This document shows positions 55,270 through 63,309 of a stretch of 64,000 nucleotides of DNA, piece by piece. Source of the stretch: Xanthobacteraceae bacterium (GTDB lineage Bacteria > Pseudomonadota > Alphaproteobacteria > Rhizobiales > Xanthobacteraceae). The position numbers and the translations under genes are program-made. Below the pieces are notes generated by a model. It had not been told where the DNA came from and ran no database searches. It saw only the letters and a program-made list of their open reading frames with translations. Position 1 is the first letter of the stretch. Each line of letters opens with the position of its first letter. The stretch spans positions 2,069-66,068 of the forward strand of contig DATBZM010000388.1 in the NCBI GenBank assembly GCA_036513175.1, read 5' to 3'.

Positions 55270-56433
55270 TCATCCCGCAGCGCACTGTGCGGTGAGGCGG
55301 TCGATGAACCCGACGCACTTCGCCATCTCGCTCTCGGCAATGTACTCGTCCGCCTTGTGCGCCTGGTCGATCGAGCCGGGTCCGATCACCACCGAGGGGA
55401 TGCCCGCCGCCGAGAAACGCCCCGCTTCGGTTCCGTAGGCGACCTTCGAATAGGCGTTGCTGCCGGCGAGTTGCTTCGCCAGCACGACCATGTCGTCGTC
55501 CGCCGGCGTGTTCAGCCCGGGAAAATTCGATCGGTCGACGAACGTGATGCCGGCTTCCGGCGCTACCGCCTTCATGGCCGGCTCGAGAACGTCGCGGCCA
55601 TACGCGATGACCTCGTCGGCGAGCGCGTTCACGTCATCGGCGCCGATCGCGCGGAACTCGAACTCGAACGTGCAGCTGTCCGGGACGATGTTGAGCGCAC
55701 TGCCGCCGTTGACCGTGCCGGTGTGACCGGTCGTGAACGGCACGTCGTAGAGCGGGTCGCGCGCGCCGTCGCGCGCGAGACGCTCGCTGATGTCGCGGAT
55801 CTTCACGATCAGGCGCGCTGCGTATTCCACCGCATTGACCCCTTGCGGGGCGAGCGAGGAATGGACCGTGTGCCCGTGCACGGTGACGCGCATCGAGCGC
55901 TTGCTCTTGTGCCCGACGACGACAGCCATCAGCGAGGGCTCGCCGACGAAACATCCCGCTGGCTTGACGGCGCCGCGCTGGATGCGGGTGATGATGTCGC
56001 GCACGCCGATGCAGCCGACTTCCTCGTCGTAGGAGATCGCAAGATGGATCGGCCGCTTGAGCGCGCGCGCCTTCATGTCGGGCACGGCCGCGAGGCAGCA
56101 GGCGACGAAACCCTTCATGTCGGTTGCGCCGCGGCCGAACAGGCGGCCGTCGCGCCGGCTCAGCCGGAAGGGATCGCTCGCCCAGGATTGCCCGTCGACC
56201 GGCACCACGTCGGAATGGCCGGACAGGATGTAGCCCGGCTTGTCCGTCGGCCCGATCGTCGCCCAGATATTGGCCTTGACCCCGGCTTGATCCAGGATGC
56301 GCTCGTAGGTGACGCCGCAGCCCTTGAGGTAATTCTCCACCCAGTCGATCAGCGGCAGGTTCGAGTTGCGGCTGGTGGTGTCGAAGCCGATCAGCGCTTC
56401 GAGGATCTCGGTCGATCGTTGGGTGTCCGTCAT
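55270..56433 (-). CDS. argE: acetylornithine deacetylase (M20 family, ArgE-like)
   Basis: ATG at 56433 (MTDTQRSTEILEALIGFDTTS...). SGHSDVVP and GRGATDMKGF metal-site motifs. Confidence 0.8.
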   Translation of the reverse strand: MTDTQRSTEILEALIGFDTTSRNSNLPLIDWVENYLKGCGVTYERILDQAGVKANIWATIGPTDKPGYILSGHSDVVPVDGQSWASDPFRLSRRDGRLFGRGATDMKGFVACCLAAVPDMKARALKRPIHLAISYDEEVGCIGVRDIITRIQRGAVKPAGCFVGEPSLMAVVVGHKSKRSMRVTVHGHTVHSSLAPQGVNAVEYAARLIVKIRDISERLARDGARDPLYDVPFTTGHTGTVNGGSALNIVPDSCTFEFEFRAIGADDVNALADEVIAYGRDVLEPAMKAVAPEAGITFVDRSNFPGLNTPADDDMVVLAKQLAGSNAYSKVAYGTEAGRFSAAGIPSVVIGPGSIDQAHKADEYIAESEMAKCVGFIDRLTAQCAAG

Positions 56434-56680
56434 GACGCGGGATGCTCCTGCGCAGATTAGGGTATATCCGACGCTGTATTGCAAGCATCAGGCCATTGCG
56501 GCGCCGATGGTCCCCGACCGGACGCCTGGCGCGGACGGCCGAAAGAGCTCCAACGCGAGCCCAGCTGCCGTCGGTCCGCCGCGGGAACGACGTAAAGTCG
56601 CAGGTGCCGCCGCGCGTCCGTCCAATGTGTTACGCTCGCGTTCAGTTGGACTGTGGCCACGGACCGGGACGGAGGGCTGC

Positions 56681-57658
56681 ATGCGACGGCGCGATTTTCT
56701 CGCATGGATGGGCGGGGCTGCCGCCGCCTGGCTGGGCATCGCCCGCGCTGACGACTATCCGAACCACCCCATCACGATTGTCGTCCCCTACACGCCGGGC
56801 GGCAGCACCGAAATCCTTGCCCGCATCGTCGCCCAGCATCTCGGGCCGCGGCTCGGCCAGCCGGTCATCGTCGAGGACAAGCCCGGTGCCGGCACCGTGA
56901 TCGGCGCGACCGCGGTCGCCAAGGCGGCGCCCGACGGCTACACGCTGTTGATGGCGACGCCCACGCCAATGGCGATCAACGTCAAGGTGCACAAGCAGCT
57001 CCCCTATGATCCGGCCGCCGATTTCGTGCCGCTCGTCATGGTGGCGCAGGCGCCATTCGTGCTGGTCGTGAACCCTGCTCTGCCGGTGCATTCGGTCACG
57101 GAGCTGATCGCCTATGCCAAGCAGAATCCGGGTCGGCTGTCCTATGGCTCGGGCGGCGTCGGCGCGCCGCATCATCTCTATGCGGCGCTGCTGGCCAGCA
57201 TGACCGGGATCCACATGACCCATGTGCCGTACAAGGGCAGCCTGCCGGCGTTGAACGACGTGGTCGGCGGCCATATCGACCTCATGTTCTGCGACATCCC
57301 GCCAGCGGCCGGAATGATCAACAGCGGCCGCGTTCGCGCCCTCGGCGTTTCCACCAAGGCGCGCGTGTCCGATTTTCCCGACATCCCGCCGATCAACGAG
57401 GCCGGCGTCCCGGGTTTCGACGTCGCCGGCTGGTTCATGGTGGTCGCGCCGGCGCAGACGCCGCCCGCCATCGTCGCCAGGCTGCATCACGAGATGAAAG
57501 GGCTGCTCGCAACGGCCGAGGTCAAGGAGCAGATCGTCAAGCTCGGCGTGCTGCCCTTGGAAAGCCCGTCGGTCGACGACATGAAAGTATTCGTCAAATC
57601 GGAGATCGCGCGCTGGGGCAAGGTCGTGGAAGCGGCCGGGATCGCCGGCACGGAGTGA
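56681..57658 (+). CDS. Bug-family tripartite tricarboxylate transporter substrate-binding protein (TctC-like), orphan
   Basis: ATG at 56681; Tat-like MRRRDFLAWMGGAAAAWLGIARA; YPNHPITIVVPYTPGGSTEILARIV signature. No tctA/tctB genes adjacent. Confidence 0.9.
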   Translation: MRRRDFLAWMGGAAAAWLGIARADDYPNHPITIVVPYTPGGSTEILARIVAQHLGPRLGQPVIVEDKPGAGTVIGATAVAKAAPDGYTLLMATPTPMAINVKVHKQLPYDPAADFVPLVMVAQAPFVLVVNPALPVHSVTELIAYAKQNPGRLSYGSGGVGAPHHLYAALLASMTGIHMTHVPYKGSLPALNDVVGGHIDLMFCDIPPAAGMINSGRVRALGVSTKARVSDFPDIPPINEAGVPGFDVAGWFMVVAPAQTPPAIVARLHHEMKGLLATAEVKEQIVKLGVLPLESPSVDDMKVFVKSEIARWGKVVEAAGIAGTE

Positions 57659-57684
57659 GCTTCGTCCGGCGTGGCCGTCACGCC

Positions 57685-59622
57685 TCAGCGCCCGCGCCGT
57701 TGCGCGGTCTTGAGCTCGCCTGGCAGCACCAGCTTGGCCGGCGGCCGATTACGCACGAGTGCAACGATCTTGTCGTTGAAGTCGGGGCCCGCGAGGTCGT
57801 CCGGATCGGTCATCGGCTTCTCCTCGGTGCCGAACAGGCTCTTGACGAAGCCGAGGCGCAGCGACAGCTCGTGGGCGGTCCCCCGATCGGGCTCGATGTA
57901 GCAATGCGCCGCGCAGTTCGCGATCATGCCGTCGGCCTTGGGATAGGTGGCGCGCATCTCGGCTGTGTCGGCAAAGAACATCCACGGCCGCACGCCGCAT
58001 TCGGGTCCGTTGTCGACGGCGCGCGCGACCGTGCCCATCGGGCCGAGCCGCGCCAGCTCGTCGAGGAAGAACGTGACGGTGGTGCCGGGCGAGATCGCCT
58101 TGTTGCGGCCGAGCGTCGCCAGCGTCTGGCCGACGATGACCCGCAGCACCACCGCGTAACGGTCGAGGTCGCCGCGGTCGACGCACAGATAAAGCGTGGC
58201 GCGGCGGCGCAGATCCGCCGGCGTCCAGTCGGAGCGGTCGAGCAGGTCGGCGATCGGCGGCGTCTGCCAAACCGCGAGCTCGCGCATGAGCCGCGTCACC
58301 AGCGCCTCGCGCTTTGCCGGCGCCAGCTTGCGCAGCACCTTGCCGTGACGGGCAAGCTCCTCATGCGGCGAGCGGGAGAGCGCCGCGATCCAGGCGTCGA
58401 GCTGCTTGTCCGAGCAGGCGACGCGGGCGAGCACGCCGCGCATGTGGCGGCGCTCGGGCCGGTCACTCAGCGCGACGTCGTAGATCGCCGGGGCGATGAA
58501 GCTGCGGCCTTCCTCGTCGGGGCCGCCCCGCCCGGTCAAGAGGTCGGCGAGCAGGCGCGCCTCGCTCCACGCGTTGTCGGGTTCGCCTGCGACCGCGTCG
58601 ATCGGGTTGTAGTGCATCGAATGGTCGGTGAGCGCCGGCGCGAAGGCGAAGATCTTGCCGATGTCCTTCTGCCGCCCGCGCGCGCTGGCCTGAAAGGCCT
58701 TGCCGTCGATGTCGATCACCACCGCGCCGGCGGCGAGGCGCGCCAGGTTCAGCGCGATCTGGCCGTGGCGCTTGGCCGACCCGGCCGGCGCGAGCGTGAT
58801 CACGCCGTGGCTGCCGTCGTAGAGGAGCGGACGGTCGCTGCCGGCGAACAGGCCGAGCGTGAGCGCGGCGGGGGCCGAGCGCGCATCATCCGCCGCTGAC
58901 GGCGCGAGCCAGGACCGCTCGATGAATTGATAGGACTCGAGCGTCTGGTGCTCCTCCTCGCTCAGCCTCGCGTCGAGCGAGAGGGCGCTGCGCCAGGCGC
59001 GCCGCAGGTCGTCGAACGATTCGGGCTCCGCGACCGCGAAGTCGCCGAACAGCACTTCGAGGCCGAGGCGAAGGAAGTTGCGCCGCGTCACGCTCTCGAA
59101 TCCCGGCGCCGAAGCATGGCACCGGCCCTCGTTCCACACGATCGGCAGGCGGATGCGCAGCGCGGCCGCGCGCTCGAATTCGCCGAGCTCGCACAACAGG
59201 TCGGCTGCGCGCAGCGTCGCGCGCTCGCGGTCGGAAATCTCGCCAAGCCCGTGCTTGATGATTGCCTTGCGCACCGCGTTCTCGGTCGCGACCAGTGCGG
59301 AGGCGCGCTCGCCGGCCGTCCGTACGATCATCTCGGCGGCGGCGTGATAGCCATCCGCGGGCAGGAACGCGCAATCGCCGACAGTGACGACTGCCTCGTG
59401 TGCCCCGTCGGCGTAGAACGCCGCGATCTGGCGCAACCGCTTGACGCGGAACCCGGCGATGCGGCTGTTGCGGTCGGCGGGTGCGTCAGGCGGCGCGTTG
59501 GCGTTCGCGCGCGCCCGCACCTGACGGATCTGCGGCTCGAGGATCCCGGTTTCCCGTCCCGCGAGAGACGGAATTCCGGTACCACGCAAGGCCGCAAGAA
59601 AGCGCGCTAACACTGACGCCAT
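57685..59622 (-). CDS. VirD4/TraG-like type IV coupling protein homologue: soluble, variant P-loop, unknown N-terminal domain
   Basis: ATG at 59622 (MASVLARF...) within the 961-aa ORF 57685..60570. ITLAPAGSAKRHGQIALNL aligns with the T4CP P-loop (remembered VirD4 form APTGSGKG). VTFFLDELARLG is the Walker B region. No TM helices seen by eye. Confidence 0.65.
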   Translation of the reverse strand: MASVLARFLAALRGTGIPSLAGRETGILEPQIRQVRARANANAPPDAPADRNSRIAGFRVKRLRQIAAFYADGAHEAVVTVGDCAFLPADGYHAAAEMIVRTAGERASALVATENAVRKAIIKHGLGEISDRERATLRAADLLCELGEFERAAALRIRLPIVWNEGRCHASAPGFESVTRRNFLRLGLEVLFGDFAVAEPESFDDLRRAWRSALSLDARLSEEEHQTLESYQFIERSWLAPSAADDARSAPAALTLGLFAGSDRPLLYDGSHGVITLAPAGSAKRHGQIALNLARLAAGAVVIDIDGKAFQASARGRQKDIGKIFAFAPALTDHSMHYNPIDAVAGEPDNAWSEARLLADLLTGRGGPDEEGRSFIAPAIYDVALSDRPERRHMRGVLARVACSDKQLDAWIAALSRSPHEELARHGKVLRKLAPAKREALVTRLMRELAVWQTPPIADLLDRSDWTPADLRRRATLYLCVDRGDLDRYAVVLRVIVGQTLATLGRNKAISPGTTVTFFLDELARLGPMGTVARAVDNGPECGVRPWMFFADTAEMRATYPKADGMIANCAAHCYIEPDRGTAHELSLRLGFVKSLFGTEEKPMTDPDDLAGPDFNDKIVALVRNRPPAKLVLPGELKTAQRRGR

Positions 59623-59859
59623 GTCACCCCCGTGAAGGCCCGCATTATGGCCGACTTGGTGCGGCGATTTCCAGGAAAACGTCGTGGAATTGTTCGCGGA
59701 GCAATGCGATCTAACGCCGCCATCCGGAAAGTTGCGTGATCGGGCCGGAATGCGCCGACCGCAATTCCACGCCCCGCGGTGCCGGGGCATGCGCGAAATG
59801 CCGACGCTTCGCGCGGCGCGCTCTGCTATAGAAGGCCCGCGCCTGCCGGGAGCGTTTCG

Positions 59860-60639
59860 ATGGCCGTTCAAGAAAGCCGACATGGGACCCGCGACACCAG
59901 CGTCCGCCTGCGGCGTGATGGCAACGGCGAGCGACTGCTCTTCCTGCACGGTGCCGGTGGATGGCCGGCTTGGGGACCGTTCTTCGCGACCCTTGCGGAC
60001 CAATACGATGTGCTCCTGCCCGAGCATCCGGGCTTCGGCCTGTCCGACAATCCGCCCTGGATTCGCAACGTCGGCGATGTTGCGATGTACTATCTCGACT
60101 TTCTCGACGCGCTCGACGGGCCGCCGGTCCATCTGATCGGGCATTCGCTCGGCGGCTGGATCGCCGCCGAGATGGCGGTGCGCAACGCCGCGCGCCTCAA
60201 GAGCCTGACCCTGATTGCACCGGCGGGCGTGCGCGTGAAGGGCCTCGTGTGCGGCGACAACTTCATCTGGTCGCGCGAGGAGTATGTCCGCAACCTGATC
60301 TATGATCAGGCGGTCGCCGAGCAGGAGATCGCGCGCGTGCCGACGGACGAGGAAGCCGACATTGAGCTGACCAACCGCTACATGGCGACCAAGCTCGGCT
60401 GGGAGCCGCGCTGGTTCAACCCCTCGCTGGAAACCTGGCTGCACCGCATCCGCCTTTCGACGCTCGTTCTCTGGGGCCGCGACGACAAGCTTTTCCCGAG
60501 CGACTACGCCAAGGCCTGGGCGGCGCGCATCCCCGATATCCGCGTCGATATCATCCCCGAATGCGGCCATCGTCCGCAGATCGAGAAGCCGGCGGTGGCG
60601 GCGGAAAAGGTCCTCGCGTTTCTCGGGGGGCGGCGATGA
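59860..60639 (+). CDS. alpha/beta hydrolase (meta-cleavage-product-hydrolase-like)
   Basis: ATG at 59860. LLFLHGAGG oxyanion region, nucleophile elbow IGHSLGG, C-terminal ECGH catalytic His context. Confidence 0.85.
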   Translation: MAVQESRHGTRDTSVRLRRDGNGERLLFLHGAGGWPAWGPFFATLADQYDVLLPEHPGFGLSDNPPWIRNVGDVAMYYLDFLDALDGPPVHLIGHSLGGWIAAEMAVRNAARLKSLTLIAPAGVRVKGLVCGDNFIWSREEYVRNLIYDQAVAEQEIARVPTDEEADIELTNRYMATKLGWEPRWFNPSLETWLHRIRLSTLVLWGRDDKLFPSDYAKAWAARIPDIRVDIIPECGHRPQIEKPAVAAEKVLAFLGGRR

Positions 60640-61775
60640 GGTTCACGTTCTTCCACCTGATGCCCTATCGCCCGCTCGACATGGCGGAACGGCACAAGCA
60701 TCGCGCCGCCTGGGTGGTGCTGCCGAACGCGCTTTACGATCCGAAGAAGGGCGCCGAGGAATACCATTCCTACATCGATCAGCTCGTCTATGCGGAGGAG
60801 CTCGGCTTCGACGTCATCGGGGTCAACGAGCATCACCAGACGGCCTACGGCCTGATGCCGGCGCCCAACCTGATCGCGAGCGCGCTGATCGCGCGCACCA
60901 AGCGGGCCAAGATCGCGGTGCTCGGCCGCGCGCTACCGCTCGCCAGCAACCCGGTCTACATCGCCGAAGAATTCGCCATGCTCGACAACCTGTCGCGCGG
61001 GCGGCTGATCACCGGCTTCGTGCGCGGCATCGGCAACGAGTATCACGCGAGCGGCATCAATCCGTATTTCTCGCACGAGCGCTACCAGGAGGCGCATGAC
61101 CTGATCGTCGCCGCCTGGACGCGGCCGGGCCCGTTCGCGTTCGAGGGCACGCACTACAATCTGCGCTACGTGAACCTCTGGCCGCGCCCCTACCAGCAGC
61201 CGCATCCGCCGATCTGGATCCCCTCGATGGGCTCGTCCGAGACCATCAAATGGGCGGCGGCGCCGGAGCGCAAATATCCGTTCCTCGTCACCTTCTCGGG
61301 GCGCGATCTCGTCTCGCGCTATCTTAACATGTACCGCGACCAGGCGCGGCAATACGGCTACGAGGCCTTGGGCGACCAGCTTGGCTGGGCGGTTCCGCTC
61401 TACGTCGCCGATACCGACGAGCGCGCCCGCGCCGAGGCGAAGGCGGGCATCGAGTCGCTGTTCAACGATTTCCTCGCCGTGCCGTGGGAAATGCTGCTGC
61501 CGCCCGGCTACATGTCGCTCGCGTCGATGAAGAACACGATGAAGATGCGCAAGGCGCTCGGCACCCGCGCGCGCATGACCGCCGAGGAGCTGATCGAGAA
61601 CGGCACCGCCGTGGTCGGCAGCCCGAAGACCGTGCGCGAGCAGATCGAGCGCCAGCGCGACGCGACCGGCGCCAACAACCTCATCACCATGCTGCAGTTC
61701 GGCGTGCTGTCCGACGAGCTGACCAAGCGCAACATGGAGATGTTCGCCGCCGAGGTGATGCCGCATCTGCGGTGA
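60636..61775 (+). CDS. LLM-class (luciferase-like) flavin-dependent oxidoreductase
   Basis: ATG at 60636 overlapping the upstream stop (ATGA). MRFTFFHLMPY...GVNEHHQT pattern; 379 aa. Confidence 0.85.
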   Translation: MRFTFFHLMPYRPLDMAERHKHRAAWVVLPNALYDPKKGAEEYHSYIDQLVYAEELGFDVIGVNEHHQTAYGLMPAPNLIASALIARTKRAKIAVLGRALPLASNPVYIAEEFAMLDNLSRGRLITGFVRGIGNEYHASGINPYFSHERYQEAHDLIVAAWTRPGPFAFEGTHYNLRYVNLWPRPYQQPHPPIWIPSMGSSETIKWAAAPERKYPFLVTFSGRDLVSRYLNMYRDQARQYGYEALGDQLGWAVPLYVADTDERARAEAKAGIESLFNDFLAVPWEMLLPPGYMSLASMKNTMKMRKALGTRARMTAEELIENGTAVVGSPKTVREQIERQRDATGANNLITMLQFGVLSDELTKRNMEMFAAEVMPHLR

Positions 61776-61798
61776 CGTACGGCGTCTCACCACTCTCT

Positions 61799-61902
61799 GA
61801 CGTCATCGTCCGCGAAAGCGGACGATCCAGTAGCCACGGAGGTTCGTGAGCCTCACTCCCGTTAGTGTCTACTGGATGGCCCGCTTTCGCGGGCCATGAC
61901 GC
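61799..61902. repeat. REP/MITE-like element: two hairpins arranged as an imperfect inverted repeat
   Basis: Left arm GACGTCATCGTCCGCGAAAGCGGACGATCCAGTAG (61799..61833). Right arm CTACTGGATGGCCCGCTTTCGCGGGCCATGACGC (61869..61902). Each arm folds on itself. Confidence 0.8.
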
Positions 61903-61931
61903 GGTGTGTGTGGCGACGGATGAGCGCCGCC

Positions 61932-62594
61932 CTACGGCATCGGGATGTCCTGCATCTTCTTCGGCACGTCGTAACCCTTCTGCACGGCCGGGCGCTTGGC
62001 GATCGCGACGTACCAGCGCTTGACGTTGGGGTACTGATTGAGGTCGACGGTCTGCCATTCGTAGCGCGAGATCCACGGCCAGGTCGCGATGTCGGCGACC
62101 GAGTAGTCACCCGCCATGTACTCGTTGTCCTTGAGCTGCTTGTCGAGCACGCCGTAGAGCCGGTGCGTCTCCTTGAGGTAGCGCTCCTCGGCGTAGGGTG
62201 CCTTGCCCTTGTTGTATTTCACGAAATGATGGGTCTGCCCGAGCATCGGTCCGATGCCGCCCATCTGCCACATCAGCCATTCGATCACCCGGTAGCGCTT
62301 GAGCTTGTCGGTCGGCAACAATTTACCGGCCTTCTCGGCGAGGTAGAGCAGGATCGCGCCCGACTCGAACAGGCTGAAATTGTTATCGCGGTCGACAATC
62401 GCTGGAATGCGATTGTTCGGGCTGATCTTGAGGAACTCGGGCTTGAACTGCTCGTCCTTGCCGATGTCGACCGCATGCGCCTCGTAGGGGATACCGACCT
62501 CCTCGAGCATGATGGAAGCCTTGCGGCCGTTGGGGGTCGTCCAGGTATAAAGATCGATCACGGTCGTCACCTCTTTGCTTGGCAATGCCGCCAC
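61932..62594 (-). CDS. glutathione S-transferase family protein (YfcG/Nu-class-like)
   Basis: IDLYTWTTPNGRKASIMLEE...FLKISPNNRIPAIVD closely follows the E. coli YfcG N-terminus as I remember it. The start may be slightly downstream of 62594. Confidence 0.85.
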   Translation of the reverse strand: MAALPSKEVTTVIDLYTWTTPNGRKASIMLEEVGIPYEAHAVDIGKDEQFKPEFLKISPNNRIPAIVDRDNNFSLFESGAILLYLAEKAGKLLPTDKLKRYRVIEWLMWQMGGIGPMLGQTHHFVKYNKGKAPYAEERYLKETHRLYGVLDKQLKDNEYMAGDYSVADIATWPWISRYEWQTVDLNQYPNVKRWYVAIAKRPAVQKGYDVPKKMQDIPMP

Positions 62595-62650
62595 GGATGG
62601 CGCTAAGCTACGGGAGGCAAAGCGGAACGGGAAGGGCCGAGGAGGACGTC

Positions 62651-62968
62651 ATGGGCGCAGGCGAAGCCAAGGTGATCAGGACCGTGCACCTGCGGTTCAG
62701 CATGCCGGGCGCCGATCCGGCCCAGCTCAGCGCCCTGATCAAGTCGGCGAAGCCCTTCTACGAGTTCTTCGGCACCACCCGGATGCACTTGCTGCAGAAC
62801 GTCGACGACCCGGGCCGCTTCATCCAGGTCATCGACTACGAGACCGACGAGGCGGTCGAGCTCAACCGCCAGCGCATCGCCAGCGATCCGCGGCTGCAGG
62901 GCTTCATCCAGGCCTGGCGCGCGATGCTGCCCGGCGCCGTCGAGGTGGACGTGTTTCAGGAGGTATGA
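62651..62968 (+). CDS. hypothetical small protein (possibly ABM/Dabb-fold)
   Basis: ATG at 62651 with a perfect GGAGGA SD, within ORF 62579..62968. 105 aa with an alternating beta-alpha pattern; the fold assignment is a guess. Confidence 0.45.
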   Translation: MGAGEAKVIRTVHLRFSMPGADPAQLSALIKSAKPFYEFFGTTRMHLLQNVDDPGRFIQVIDYETDEAVELNRQRIASDPRLQGFIQAWRAMLPGAVEVDVFQEV

Positions 62969-63052
62969 TTCCGGCGGGAATTCTTCGGCGCGGTGTTGAT
63001 TTGGCTGCCCGGCAGACCCACTTGCTGAGCGGGGGAAGCAGGGAGCCCGACG

Positions 63053-63298
63053 ATGCGTCTCTCACTTGCGCTGACTGCCTCCGCAGTTCTTGCATTCGTC
63101 ACTGCGAGCCCCGGCGCGGCTCAAAGTCCCACCTCGTATCCCTATTGTGCGCTAGATTCATCCACTGGCGCGACGTCCTGCTACTACACGTCGCGCGCCC
63201 AATGCGGCGCCAAGTGCATTTCCAATCCTTCCTTTCAGGGTGAACCGGGAGCAATGGCGAGCGAGCGCCGCGACCGCCATCATGCACAGCGGCGCTGA
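63053..63298 (+). CDS. small secreted cysteine-rich protein (DUF3551-like)
   Basis: Signal MRLSLALTASAVLAFVTASPGAAQ, then YPYCALD....SCYYTSRAQCGAKCISNP with four Cys. Resembles the DUF3551 family common in Bradyrhizobiaceae (recognition from memory). Confidence 0.65.
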   Translation: MRLSLALTASAVLAFVTASPGAAQSPTSYPYCALDSSTGATSCYYTSRAQCGAKCISNPSFQGEPGAMASERRDRHHAQRR

Positions 63299-63309
63299 AC
63301 GCTGGTCGA

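Noticed and set aside
59623-60570. The N-terminal third of the 961-aa ORF 57685..60570.
   Set aside because: This part is antisense to the alpha/beta hydrolase gene (59860..60639), which has clear catalytic motifs. The translation is Arg-rich noise. The T4CP-like gene was trimmed to the ATG at 59622.
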